A DNA stretch of 64,000 nucleotides from NCBI GenBank assembly GCA_946611195.1, contig CAMODB010000003.1, positions 5,264 to 69,263 on the forward strand, written 5' to 3'. This document shows positions 1 to 9,649 of this stretch, in pieces. Each line of letters opens with the position of its first letter. Within the stretch, counting starts at the first letter, position 1. The position numbers and the translations under genes are program-made. The stretch is from an uncultured Bacillota bacterium (lineage in GTDB: Bacteria > Bacillota_I > Bacilli_A > ML615J-28 > CAG-313). The notes beneath the pieces are model-generated. The model did not search any database, was not told the DNA's origin, and saw only the letters and a list, made by a program, of their open reading frames with translations.

Positions 1-613
1 GATCTTCTTTATTATTTTCGTTAATAGCTTTAATTTCATTTACAAAATAGGCATCTAAATACCAACCAATAAACGCAGCACCTGATTTTACTGGTGTTGG
101 AAGAATATAATTAGTACCTTCAGTATATGAATATTTAACTTCACCACTAAATGCTCCACCATTTAGAACATAATTAATACTATAAACATTTTCATCAGGA
201 TTATCAACTGGAGTAGTTCCCGAATTTGGTTTTTCAATAGATAATTCTACATATTCACTTTCTTCTGAATCAGCATATTCTTTAGTACTATCTACAGCTT
301 TAACTGTTACATACCATAAGCCTGAGCTTTGAATAATTCTTTTACCATTTTCAGCTTCTTCAGGATTTATATTAAAATGTTTTACAGTAACATTTTTAGT
401 TGAATTATAAATATAAACAACATAAGTATCCGCATTTTCTACTAAAGAACATGATAAATAATAATTATCATCAACAAATGTTAAATTAACATCTTCAGGC
501 GCCTCTAATTTTTTTTGATTATCATTTGTTGCAGCTTGATCACAACCAAAAAGGAATGTGAATACACCAACAAACGCAAATAATAAAATAAAAGTTTTAA
601 TTATTTTTTTCAT
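1..613 (-). CDS. Surface lipoprotein, 5' part only (gene continues past the left window edge)
   Basis: Not in the ORF track because the edge cuts it. Hand translation from ATG at 613-611 gives MKKIIKTFILLFAFVGVFTFLFGC (signal peptide + LFGC lipobox) and stays open down to nt 2 (204 codons). Distal part YVLNGGAFSGEVKYSYTEGTNYILPTPVKSGAAFIGWY looks like a Listeria-Bacteroides type repeat. Confidence 0.75.
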   Translation of the reverse strand, partial: MKKIIKTFILLFAFVGVFTFLFGCDQAATNDNQKKLEAPEDVNLTFVDDNYYLSCSLVENADTYVVYIYNSTKNVTVKHFNINPEEAENGKRIIQSSGLWYVTVKAVDSTKEYADSEESEYVELSIEKPNSGTTPVDNPDENVYSINYVLNGGAFSGEVKYSYTEGTNYILPTPVKSGAAFIGWYLDAYFVNEIKAINENNKED

Positions 614-614
614 A

Positions 615-1466
615 TTAGCCTCTTTCATCTAAAGGTAAATAGAAATCTACCCATTTTTCTTGGAATCTATTATAAAAACCAAGGTGATAACATTTTAAAA
701 ACATATCAGCTGATGTTTTACTTCCATATAAAGTATCACCAACTAAAGGATGATTTATACTTGACATATGAACTCTAATTTGATGTGTCCGTCCGGTCTT
801 AATTTCCACCCTTAATAAAGTTTGTTTTTTATCAAAATCAATTTTTTCAACATGATAAATAGTATGTGCTTCTTGTCCTTTATCGCTAACTCTCATCGCA
901 TCTTTATGTCGATCACGAGCGATTTTTTTATCAATTACACCATCTTCTAATATTATACCTTCTACAAGTGCATAATATTCTTTTTTTACTTTCTTTTCTT
1001 CAAAAAGCTTTGTTAAATAACTATGTGTGATAACATCTTTTGCGTAAAGCAAGATTCCAGTTGTATCTTTATCTAATCGATGAACATGACGTATTGTATA
1101 ATTTTGTCCTGTTTTATGATAATAATACGCAATATAATTAGCCATCGTATTAGCATTCTCTTTATTTTCTGGATAAATTATAACACCTTTTGGTTTATTA
1201 ACCACTAAAAGATAATCATCTTCATAAATAATATCTAAATTATAACGAACAGGTAGATAATCAATATTATCAAAATCAGTTGTATCAATCTCAATTAAAT
1301 CATTATATTTTAATAAATAATCTCTTTTATAACATACTTCGCCATTTACATAAATTAATTTAGAATCAATAAAATAATTCAATTTGTTTTTCGCAACGCC
1401 AATATTTAATAGAAAATCTTTTAAAGATAATCCTTCTTCTTTTTTTAATACTTTACATTTAAACAT
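615..1466 (-). CDS. rluD: RluA/RluD-family 23S rRNA pseudouridine synthase with S4-like N-terminus
   Basis: 283 aa. Catalytic-Asp motif HRLDKDTTGILLYAKD and GRTHQIRVH. Stop lies 1 nt from the start of the downstream lipoprotein gene. Confidence 0.85.
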   Translation of the reverse strand: MFKCKVLKKEEGLSLKDFLLNIGVAKNKLNYFIDSKLIYVNGEVCYKRDYLLKYNDLIEIDTTDFDNIDYLPVRYNLDIIYEDDYLLVVNKPKGVIIYPENKENANTMANYIAYYYHKTGQNYTIRHVHRLDKDTTGILLYAKDVITHSYLTKLFEEKKVKKEYYALVEGIILEDGVIDKKIARDRHKDAMRVSDKGQEAHTIYHVEKIDFDKKQTLLRVEIKTGRTHQIRVHMSSINHPLVGDTLYGSKTSADMFLKCYHLGFYNRFQEKWVDFYLPLDERG

Positions 1467-2791
1467 CAGCCAACACTCGAAATATCATTATCGACTTTTT
1501 GATATTTTAATGGTTCTTTTTCTACTTTTTCTTCTTTATTATTCTTATCATTTTCCTTATTTTCTTCTTCATCTTTTGGTTTCATCGTATTAATTCTAAA
1601 GCATACGACAATATAATAAAGAGTTTCAAATAATAAAATATAGAACCAAGTATTAAGATAAGAAATAAAGAAACCAAGAATTAAGGATACTAAGCCACCT
1701 AAAGAGAAACAAATTGATACTAACGCATAATATTGTTTAAATTTTCTTAAAACAAAATTTTTAGAAATAATCCAAGTAACAAAACTCAATAAGAAAGTGA
1801 ATATAAAACAAACAATACCACTAGTAATTAAAGAAGTGATCTTTATTTGACTAGCACCAATGGAAATAATACCAGCTTTATATTGTTTTTGGAATTCATT
1901 GAAATTAGAATATAAATTTGCGATATCAAAATCGGTAGATTTAAGATTAGCATAACTTAAACCATCACCATATAACGCATTACCAATATTTGATAAATGG
2001 CGAATAGTCGGAACAATTTGATTTTGATAACTTGCATATTCTGTTGGTAAACTAAAATCTATTGTATCAATAGAATTAACTTTTTTCGTCCATTTAGTAG
2101 TATCAATATTGCCATAACTATTAAGAGCTAATTCACTAGCATCATTTGGCAAATAATAAATTAAAGTTTTTGCATCACTGCTTTCAAATAGTAAAGAATT
2201 TAAAGCTGCTTTTGTACTCTTGCCATCTCTAATTTGTTCAAAATTAAATAGATAATATACCGCATCTAAAGTAAAAACATATAAAATATAATCTGTTTTA
2301 TCTTCTTTTGTTTGTAAACAATAACCATCTAAATCAAAATTTTCGATTTTAGCCGGATTTTCTACAGTTCCTTGGGTGCTATAGCATTCATCATTAATAA
2401 CAACAGTAACAACTAAGCGATGATCACCTACTATTTTTTCTCCTGTATAAACCCCATTAGCATCACTATTTAGATGTAAGCCTTTAGCTTGAACCCCAGT
2501 TCTTTCCCCATCTTTATAATAATAACCAGTTACTTCGCCTTCATCTAGACTCAAATGCGGAATGGGAGTATCAAAACTAATACCATCTAAAGAAGTATAA
2601 TCACTAGGAAATTCTAACGCTTTTTCCGCATCTTTCGTACTTCTCGCATTTGATGATAATACTTGAAGAACAACTACTAACATTACGATTAATAATGAAA
2701 AGACAAACCGCATATTAGCATTTTTAATCATTCTTCGCGGTAAAATAAGAGAGAGAACAAAATCTAAAAATTTATTCTTTTTCTTTTCCAT
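1466..2791 (-). CDS. Membrane protein of unknown function (signal-anchor TM, ~290-aa external domain, C-terminal TM bundle, KE-rich tail)
   Basis: 441-aa ORF. TM FVFSLLIVMLVVVLQVL near the N-terminus and three hydrophobic helices near residues 320-410. 20-nt overlap with the upstream gene and 1-nt overlap with rluD suggest translational coupling. No family recognised. Confidence 0.6.
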   Translation of the reverse strand: MEKKKNKFLDFVLSLILPRRMIKNANMRFVFSLLIVMLVVVLQVLSSNARSTKDAEKALEFPSDYTSLDGISFDTPIPHLSLDEGEVTGYYYKDGERTGVQAKGLHLNSDANGVYTGEKIVGDHRLVVTVVINDECYSTQGTVENPAKIENFDLDGYCLQTKEDKTDYILYVFTLDAVYYLFNFEQIRDGKSTKAALNSLLFESSDAKTLIYYLPNDASELALNSYGNIDTTKWTKKVNSIDTIDFSLPTEYASYQNQIVPTIRHLSNIGNALYGDGLSYANLKSTDFDIANLYSNFNEFQKQYKAGIISIGASQIKITSLITSGIVCFIFTFLLSFVTWIISKNFVLRKFKQYYALVSICFSLGGLVSLILGFFISYLNTWFYILLFETLYYIVVCFRINTMKPKDEEENKENDKNNKEEKVEKEPLKYQKVDNDISSVG

Positions 2792-4388
2792 AATTCACGC
2801 CCCTTACATAATAAATATTTTTATTATTTAATTTAAATTGTTCATCATCATTTTCAACAATAAAAACTAAATTTTGGTCAAGATAATAACCAATAATCAA
2901 TCTTACAAGTTCAGTTTTAGCTTCTTTCATTGTATTAAACTCTTCCTTAGTAAGATAGATACCTTTAATTATTTTAATTAAATCGAGATATTTAAAATTA
3001 AAATATAAACTTGAATCAAGATAAAAATTAATATTTTTACCATTTAAATCAACTAAATCCTTAATTAATTTTTCTTTAATTGTCATTTTATCTAGATGAA
3101 GAATCAGATTCAAATTTAAGCCTTCATATTTCTTATAAATTTCTTTATATTTACGGCTTGCGATAACACTTGTGTTAACACATAAATAATTATTAAGGAT
3201 ATTTTTATCTCTATTTTTATTTAATTTATTTATAGTTTTCTTATTCCAATTATCAAAATTTTGTTCAAAACGAAAATCTATTGGTAAATTATTAATTAAA
3301 ATACCAAAATTTTGATTTTCATTATCAACAATTAATCGATTATCAATATTTTTTACACTCATTTGATATTCTTCTTGATGGGAATCATTTAAATAATCTT
3401 TAAATTTATCTAAATCAAATTTAAGTGGTCTTTCCATTTTAATATAATCGACTACTTTCTTTAAATCCATCTTGTTATTAACATCAGTTGGCGCTTTTAA
3501 TAAAACATTATAACAATTTAAATCTTTTAGGTGTATTTTTAGATCTTTATTTTTACATTTATGATTAATTAAAACTAAATAGAAAGAATCTTCACAATCA
3601 TAATAATCTATTTCTTCATTAAGTTGTTGACTAAAAGATAAGACTTCTTTTAATTTAGTTTCTAGTATAATACAAGTAAAAACACTTGATAATCTTGTAT
3701 ATTTAATCGTTGATAAATTTAATAATTTGGTATCTTCATTTTCTTTTTTCAAGAAATATAAAGTAATATCATCATAAGGATATGCTAATTTTTTCTTTAC
3801 AACATTATGACGATTCACAAAATTATCAATTTCAATATTTGGATTGCTTTGATAACTATAAATACCTTTTTTTAAAACATAATCAAAATCAAAATCAATT
3901 AAATCTTTAATATTTTGTTCAATTTCCACAAAATAATTGTTTTCTAATTCACTGATTAATTTATTTAAACCATTTATTTTGATTTTTTCATCATTATTTT
4001 GATAAATAAATAAACCACCAATGACTAAATCAGCATTCTTTATTGGATAAATTGATAAATAATTAAAATCAAAATCATTTAATTTCTTTCCGGAATAAGG
4101 ATCAATTTCTTCAAGAATTGAATCTTTATTATAGATTTCTCCATCATTTAAATTTGTGACAAAATCTAATAAATTATTTTGTTTCATATATTCCAAAGGA
4201 TATAATTTTTTATCTATTCTTGGTAATTTAAGATCGAAACAAATAACTTTATTTTTGTCATCATTAAATTTTTGATAAATAGAATTATCATTAAGTCCAA
4301 AAAGATATAGAGTTAGTCTTTTACAATTATTTTTAATTAGATTTTGATAATTTTGACTAATAAAATTTAATATTAATTCTCTTTCCAT
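2772..4388 (-). CDS. Uncharacterised Asn/Lys-rich cytoplasmic protein; C-terminus resembles a degenerate EAL domain (tentative)
   Basis: 538-aa ORF, start overlaps the dtd stop by 1 nt. C-terminal motif series CVNTS / LILHLDK / INFYLDSS / LIKIIKGI / VFIVENDD / YVRGVNYG has EAL-like order and spacing but lacks the catalytic residues. N-terminal ADLVIGGLFIYQNN is vaguely GAF-like. Confidence 0.55.
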   Translation of the reverse strand: MERELILNFISQNYQNLIKNNCKRLTLYLFGLNDNSIYQKFNDDKNKVICFDLKLPRIDKKLYPLEYMKQNNLLDFVTNLNDGEIYNKDSILEEIDPYSGKKLNDFDFNYLSIYPIKNADLVIGGLFIYQNNDEKIKINGLNKLISELENNYFVEIEQNIKDLIDFDFDYVLKKGIYSYQSNPNIEIDNFVNRHNVVKKKLAYPYDDITLYFLKKENEDTKLLNLSTIKYTRLSSVFTCIILETKLKEVLSFSQQLNEEIDYYDCEDSFYLVLINHKCKNKDLKIHLKDLNCYNVLLKAPTDVNNKMDLKKVVDYIKMERPLKFDLDKFKDYLNDSHQEEYQMSVKNIDNRLIVDNENQNFGILINNLPIDFRFEQNFDNWNKKTINKLNKNRDKNILNNYLCVNTSVIASRKYKEIYKKYEGLNLNLILHLDKMTIKEKLIKDLVDLNGKNINFYLDSSLYFNFKYLDLIKIIKGIYLTKEEFNTMKEAKTELVRLIIGYYLDQNLVFIVENDDEQFKLNNKNIYYVRGVNYGKEKE

Positions 4389-4831
4389 TATTTAAACTCA
4401 TATTCGATGGTTGTTGGTCCATCACATAAAATATCTAATTCCATGTGAGCGCCAAAAATACCTTCTTCTACTTTAATACCATATTCATTTCTTAAAATTT
4501 CATTAAATTTTAGATATAATGGTTTAGCAAGATTAGGATTTAAAGCATCTGTAAAAGAGGGACGATTACCATTATAAGGATTAGCATATAAAGTGAATTG
4601 AGAAATTGAAAGAATTGAACCATCAATATCTTTTAATGCTAAATTCATTTTCTCATTTTCATCTTCAAATACTCTTAAATTAGCAATCTTCTTGGCCATT
4701 TTATAAAGTAATTCTTCATTATCATTATTTGTAAAGCCAACTAATAATAGATAACCTCTTTTTATTGAACCAACAATAGTATTATCAACTAGACAACTAG
4801 CTCTTAATACTCTTTGAACTATTACTTTCAT
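4388..4831 (-). CDS. dtd: D-aminoacyl-tRNA deacylase
   Basis: 147 aa; MKVIVQRV start, SQFTLYA and GNRPSF motifs; conserved position after relA. Confidence 0.93.
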   Translation of the reverse strand: MKVIVQRVLRASCLVDNTIVGSIKRGYLLLVGFTNNDNEELLYKMAKKIANLRVFEDENEKMNLALKDIDGSILSISQFTLYANPYNGNRPSFTDALNPNLAKPLYLKFNEILRNEYGIKVEEGIFGAHMELDILCDGPTTIEYEFK

Positions 4832-7018
4832 TTATTTAAACATCCTTTCAACGGAATACATTTCTGGCATCTTTTGTAATGCGAGAATTGCTTTATCAAG
4901 TTCATCTAAATTGGCAACTTGTAATTTAAATTTTGCAACACATTCTTCACGATTATTTTTAGAAGAGGTGACTGACGCAATCGTAACATTACAGTTATTT
5001 AGCGCATTGATCATATCCGCAACAATATTAACTCTATCTTGGGCAAAGACTTTCAAGGTTGCAAAATAAATACGACCTTTAAAATCACTATCCCAACTAA
5101 CATTAATCAATCTTTCACTAGTTTTAGCTAAATTAGGACAGCCTTGACGATGAATAATAATGCCATTTCCTTTAGAAATATAGCCAAAAATCTTATCACC
5201 AAGTACTGGTTGACAACAATTTCCAAGTTTTATTTGGGCTTTATCTAAGCCTTCAATATAAACACCATAATCATTTTTAGTATGATTATTTGTCCGAATC
5301 GAACTAGTTTCTTCACTATATTGTTGTAATACTTGTTGATCATCAGGTTTAACATCAACTAAACCTAATATTTTATTTAAAACACCTTGGGAGGAAATGG
5401 TATTTTTACCAATTTCCCAACATAATTCATCAAAATTTTTAATATTAAGTTTGGAAAAATGTTCATTTATTACTTCATCTGTAATAAGTTTAATATCGTA
5501 ATTCTTTTGTTTACAATATTTTTCTAAATCTTCAAGACCTTTTGCGGTAAGCTCATCCCGCATTGCTTTATTAATAAAGTTTTTAACTTTATTTCGAGCA
5601 TGATTAGTCTTCGTAAGTTTTAACCAAGCAGTAGTTGGACCAAGACATGATTTTGAAGTTTTGATTTCGACAACATCACCTGTTTGTAATTTATATGTCA
5701 AAGGAACAATTTTACCATTAACAATAGCACCAACGGTTTTATTACCTACTTCAGAGTGAATGCGATAAGCAAAATCTAAAGGCATTGATCCACTAGGTAA
5801 ATCATAAACATCACCTTTAGGGGTAAAGACAAAAACATTTGCGCTAAAGATATCATCTTTAATATCGTTAATTGGATCTTCATTATCAGCATTTTCGACA
5901 TAGGTTGTTAAATCTTTAAACCATTTTAATTTTTGGGTAATTTCAAGTTGTTCTTTTTCTGGTGAATAACCAGCATTTTCTTTATAAGCCCAGTGAGCCG
6001 CAACCCCTAATTCAGCTACATCATCCATATCATAAGTACGGACTTGAATTTCAAAAATATGACCAGCCCTACCTACAACAGTAGTATGAAGAGATTGATA
6101 TAAATTAGCTTTTGGAACCGCAATATAATCCTTAAATCGTTTTGGTAAAGGATTCCAAATACTATGAACGAGACCCAATACTCGATAACAGTCGCTAACT
6201 GTCGGTACAATTATTCTTAATGCCAATAAATCATAAATTTCATCAATGGTTTTATTCTTAGTAACCATTTTGTTATGAATACTATAAATATTTTTTATAC
6301 GACCTTTGATATCGAATTTTTCAATACCATTTTCTTTAAGATTTTTTTCAATCTCTTTAGTCATGTATTCAATATCATTTTCTCTTTGATCTTTCTTTTC
6401 ACCTATTGCGTCAGAAATTTCTTTATAGGTTTCCGGTTGTAAAGCTTTAAAACTTAAATCTTCTAATTCCGCTTTAATCCTATACATACCTAAACGATGG
6501 GCAATAGGGGCATAAAGATCCAGCGTTTCTTGACTAATTCGCATCTTCTTTTCCGGAGTTTGATAATCAATCGTCCGCATATTATGAAGACGGTCCACTA
6601 ATTTAACTAAAATTACCCGAATATCTTTGGACATTGCTAAAATCAGTTTTTCATGAGTATGAGCTAAAGCTTTAGACTTTGTCATATATTTCAATTTACT
6701 GATTTTAGTTACGCCATCCACAATTTCCGCAACTTCATTGTTAAAATGCTTAGCCATCTCTTCTTTAGTCATATTAGTATCTTCTAATACATCATGTAGT
6801 AAACCAGCCGCAATCGTTGATGGACCAGTATGAAGAGTAGCTAAAATATAAGCAACTTCTAGAGGGTGTTGAATATATGGATCACCAGATTTTCGAAATT
6901 GACCTTGATGTTGAACTTCTGCTACATTATAAGCTTTAGTTATAAATTTAATACTTTCATCATTTAAATAAGTCTTACAAACACTAATTAAATCTTCTAA
7001 AGTTTTAGGTTGTTCCAT
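4832..7018 (-). CDS. relA: Bifunctional (p)ppGpp synthetase/hydrolase (RelA/SpoT homologue)
   Basis: 728 aa. HD hydrolase motif HDVLEDT, synthetase region (YQSLHTTV), TGS and C-terminal ACT-like regions. RBS aaaGGTGGTGaaaat upstream of the ATG. Confidence 0.95.
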   Translation of the reverse strand: MEQPKTLEDLISVCKTYLNDESIKFITKAYNVAEVQHQGQFRKSGDPYIQHPLEVAYILATLHTGPSTIAAGLLHDVLEDTNMTKEEMAKHFNNEVAEIVDGVTKISKLKYMTKSKALAHTHEKLILAMSKDIRVILVKLVDRLHNMRTIDYQTPEKKMRISQETLDLYAPIAHRLGMYRIKAELEDLSFKALQPETYKEISDAIGEKKDQRENDIEYMTKEIEKNLKENGIEKFDIKGRIKNIYSIHNKMVTKNKTIDEIYDLLALRIIVPTVSDCYRVLGLVHSIWNPLPKRFKDYIAVPKANLYQSLHTTVVGRAGHIFEIQVRTYDMDDVAELGVAAHWAYKENAGYSPEKEQLEITQKLKWFKDLTTYVENADNEDPINDIKDDIFSANVFVFTPKGDVYDLPSGSMPLDFAYRIHSEVGNKTVGAIVNGKIVPLTYKLQTGDVVEIKTSKSCLGPTTAWLKLTKTNHARNKVKNFINKAMRDELTAKGLEDLEKYCKQKNYDIKLITDEVINEHFSKLNIKNFDELCWEIGKNTISSQGVLNKILGLVDVKPDDQQVLQQYSEETSSIRTNNHTKNDYGVYIEGLDKAQIKLGNCCQPVLGDKIFGYISKGNGIIIHRQGCPNLAKTSERLINVSWDSDFKGRIYFATLKVFAQDRVNIVADMINALNNCNVTIASVTSSKNNREECVAKFKLQVANLDELDKAILALQKMPEMYSVERMFK

Positions 7019-7060
7019 ATTTTCACCACCTTTCTTTTTTTATTTTATTATTTTTAAATC

Positions 7061-7579
7061 TTAGTATGGATAATTAATTAAAGAAGCTGTTGGAACATCT
7101 TTAAATAATTCACGTCCTTTAAGATCTGTAAGTTCTATTAAGAAAACACAGCCAACAACTTTAGCTCCTAAACTTTCAATTAATTCGATAGCAGCTTTAA
7201 TCGTACCACCTGTTGCGAGCAAATCATCAACAATAACTACTCGATCACCTTTTTTTACGGCATCAACATGCATAGCAAGTTTATTAGTACCATATTCTAG
7301 AGAATATTCTTTTTCAACTGTTTTACGAGGAAGCTTACCAGGTTTTCTGATAGGCGCAAAGCCTAAATTCATTTCATAAGCAAGTGGGCAACCAAAAATA
7401 AAACCTCTTGATTCAGGACCAACAATAATTGTTGGTTTAAATTCTTCCGCAACCTTTGCCATTTCTTTAATAGAAGCTCTAAAGGCATCTTTGTCACCAA
7501 TTAAAGGTGTAATATCTTTAAAAGAAATACCTTTAATAGGGAAATCTTCTACAATCGCAATATAATTTTTAAAATCCAT
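7061..7579 (-). CDS. apt: Adenine phosphoribosyltransferase
   Basis: PRTase motif [13 protein letters not shown]. The track start is a TTG lying inside the GGAGG RBS (ttGGAGGataatgatATG), so I start at the ATG at 7579-7577 (172 aa). Confidence 0.92.
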   Translation of the reverse strand: MDFKNYIAIVEDFPIKGISFKDITPLIGDKDAFRASIKEMAKVAEEFKPTIIVGPESRGFIFGCPLAYEMNLGFAPIRKPGKLPRKTVEKEYSLEYGTNKLAMHVDAVKKGDRVVIVDDLLATGGTIKAAIELIESLGAKVVGCVFLIELTDLKGRELFKDVPTASLINYPY

Positions 7580-7664
7580 ATCATTATCCTCCAAGATTCT
7601 TAATCCATATTACATACTATTATATCAAATTTTTCATAAAATATAAAGTAAAACGACATAATGT

Positions 7665-7697
7665 AAAAAAGTTTAAGATCGTTTAAATCTTAAACTT
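7665..7697 (-). terminator. Rho-independent terminator ending the 15.2-7.7 kb minus-strand operon
   Basis: 11-bp stem aagtttaagat (7669-7679) / atcttaaactt (7687-7697), 7-nt loop. A-run on the plus strand gives a U-run on the minus transcript. Sits 15 nt after the stop at 7712. Confidence 0.7.
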
Positions 7698-7711
7698 CTT
7701 TTTTTTACTAA

Positions 7712-8557
7712 TTAATTATTTTTATTTGGTATATTTTTTAATCTTTTATAAAAACAAAGATCAATATTTAAATTATTATTCTCAGCTGTTAAAGAAGGAA
7801 TCACTAAAGCTTTTAAACCTAATTTAGCGATTGATCGAACTTTTTTTAAATCAAAATCGCCATATGCTTCCACATTTTTATAACCTATTTCCAGGCATTC
7901 TTTTAATATATTATCTTTAGTAGTACAAATCCTAATAATATCGGGATTTGCTTCTTTAGCTTCTTTAAAGGAGACAGCATCATCCACTTCACAAATAATG
8001 GTTATTTCGTTATCTATTTTTCTAATTTTATCTACTACTTCTTGATAATTATTAAAACGGGTTGCAAGATTACGCGAAACATTATAATATTTCTTCTCCG
8101 CATATATTTTTCCCCCACCATCAATAAAAGCTTTTTTAATTAAATCTTGATAAATAGGTGATGTATGATTAGAATAAACTAAATCACATTTGAGACCGTT
8201 TAATTCTAATAAATATTTATTAGTAATCGAAGATACACCCGATAAATAACGAACAAAATTTAAACTAATAATTTCTCCTTTTAATATTTCACTAACTGGT
8301 CCGGTGATAACAGCTAAGACATCACCACGATTAACATAACTTCCTTCATCTTTTAAAATCTGGAAAGTTACTTTATTACTAAGTTTTCGATAGATACTTT
8401 GGGCAATCCTGATACCACTTACAACCCCACTTTGTCGAGAGATAAAATTTGAAGACGCAATTTCCGTATTTTTATCGAATAATTTAGAAGTAATACGATC
8501 ATTAGTTTTTGTTTCACTAATTAAATTATCAATTATTTCATCAATAGTTCTTTTCAT
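7712..8557 (-). CDS. NadC/ModD-fold (type II phosphoribosyltransferase-like) protein with degenerate active-site motifs
   Basis: 281 aa. Clear NadC-like stretches (GDVLAVITGPVSEILKGEIISLNFVRYLSGVSSIT; IDGGG; IICEVDD). The canonical ER..LN, DTRKT, NHR, KDNH, LDN and SGG positions read EIISLN, YSNHT, IYA, SRNL, ICTT and YGD. Confidence 0.7.
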   Translation of the reverse strand: MKRTIDEIIDNLISETKTNDRITSKLFDKNTEIASSNFISRQSGVVSGIRIAQSIYRKLSNKVTFQILKDEGSYVNRGDVLAVITGPVSEILKGEIISLNFVRYLSGVSSITNKYLLELNGLKCDLVYSNHTSPIYQDLIKKAFIDGGGKIYAEKKYYNVSRNLATRFNNYQEVVDKIRKIDNEITIICEVDDAVSFKEAKEANPDIIRICTTKDNILKECLEIGYKNVEAYGDFDLKKVRSIAKLGLKALVIPSLTAENNNLNIDLCFYKRLKNIPNKNN

Positions 8558-8576
8558 CGTCTACTCCCTTTCTTTA

Positions 8577-9647
8577 TTATTCACTTAAGACAAAATATAA
8601 AATAATACCAACCACAACTGCTATTATAAAGAGGGTAAATAGAGAAATACGAAGGGCACTCATAGGATATTTACCAGTTGTTTTTCCATTTTCTCCATTT
8701 ACTAAGAAACGATACGACTTCTCTTTAATTTTAAAATTACCAATCCAAACAGGTAATAAAACATATTTATAAGTTACATTATCATATTGGGTTTTAACAT
8801 TTAAATAATCTACCACATCATAAGTATATTGATCAAGAATTCTTCTTTTAATTTGTGGTGCCATTATTTCTTTTGCACGATTAAAACCATTTTTTACGGT
8901 TAATGAATAATGTTCAGAGCCAAAACCTGCCAAAAATGATTCATTAAAATCATTAGAATTATTTGTATCGTAAGGTTCTAATTTTTCCAGTTCTTTATTA
9001 TTAATAGAACTACCAGCATTAACTAAAACATCATCAAAGAAAACTTGAATGCGTCCACTAATCGTAAAATAACGAGTTCTTACTTCCGTTCTTCGATCTT
9101 TTCCACTACCGACTGTAACTGTATAATGTTCACCAAGTCGTCCATGATAACTGGAATATGTATCAGCATCATAAGTCCAAGAAGGAATATAAACGCCATT
9201 AACTTGACATTCTATATTAAGTTTTTTGACGCTAGATGGACAAAATAATTTTTTCTTTAAAAATCTTTGATAACAAGCCCTTGCTGCTTCTTCTGTAATA
9301 TTAAAAGGAATAATTCGGTTAGGCTTTTTACCTGCAAGTTCATTTACTTCAACTACTTGTGTAGAACCACAGAATGGACAAACCAAACTCATTTCTTTCT
9401 TATTTACTACATTTTCAGCACCACAAGCTGAACAACGCAATACATGATTTTCTTGTTGCCAAGATAAATCTACTTCTGTTTCCGCATCATCTAAAGAAAA
9501 TTCTTGACCGCTATTTTCATCATTTAATTTGATTACTGTATCACAATAATCACATTTTAAGCTATGACTAGCTGGGTCAAAATGCATAGGTGCCCCACAA
9601 CTAGGGCACTTATATTCTTCATGAGCTACTCTTTCTTCTTCAGCCAT
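8577..9647 (-). CDS. Multi-zinc-ribbon protein with C-terminal membrane anchor (resembles what I recall of B. subtilis YdjG)
   Basis: 356 aa. CxxC pairs CPSCG..CDYC and CSACG..CPFCG; C-terminal TM ISLFTLFIIAVVVGIILYFVL. 2-nt gap to the upstream SPFH gene. Confidence 0.6.
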   Translation of the reverse strand: MAEEERVAHEEYKCPSCGAPMHFDPASHSLKCDYCDTVIKLNDENSGQEFSLDDAETEVDLSWQQENHVLRCSACGAENVVNKKEMSLVCPFCGSTQVVEVNELAGKKPNRIIPFNITEEAARACYQRFLKKKLFCPSSVKKLNIECQVNGVYIPSWTYDADTYSSYHGRLGEHYTVTVGSGKDRRTEVRTRYFTISGRIQVFFDDVLVNAGSSINNKELEKLEPYDTNNSNDFNESFLAGFGSEHYSLTVKNGFNRAKEIMAPQIKRRILDQYTYDVVDYLNVKTQYDNVTYKYVLLPVWIGNFKIKEKSYRFLVNGENGKTTGKYPMSALRISLFTLFIIAVVVGIILYFVLSE

Positions 9648-9649
9648 AA

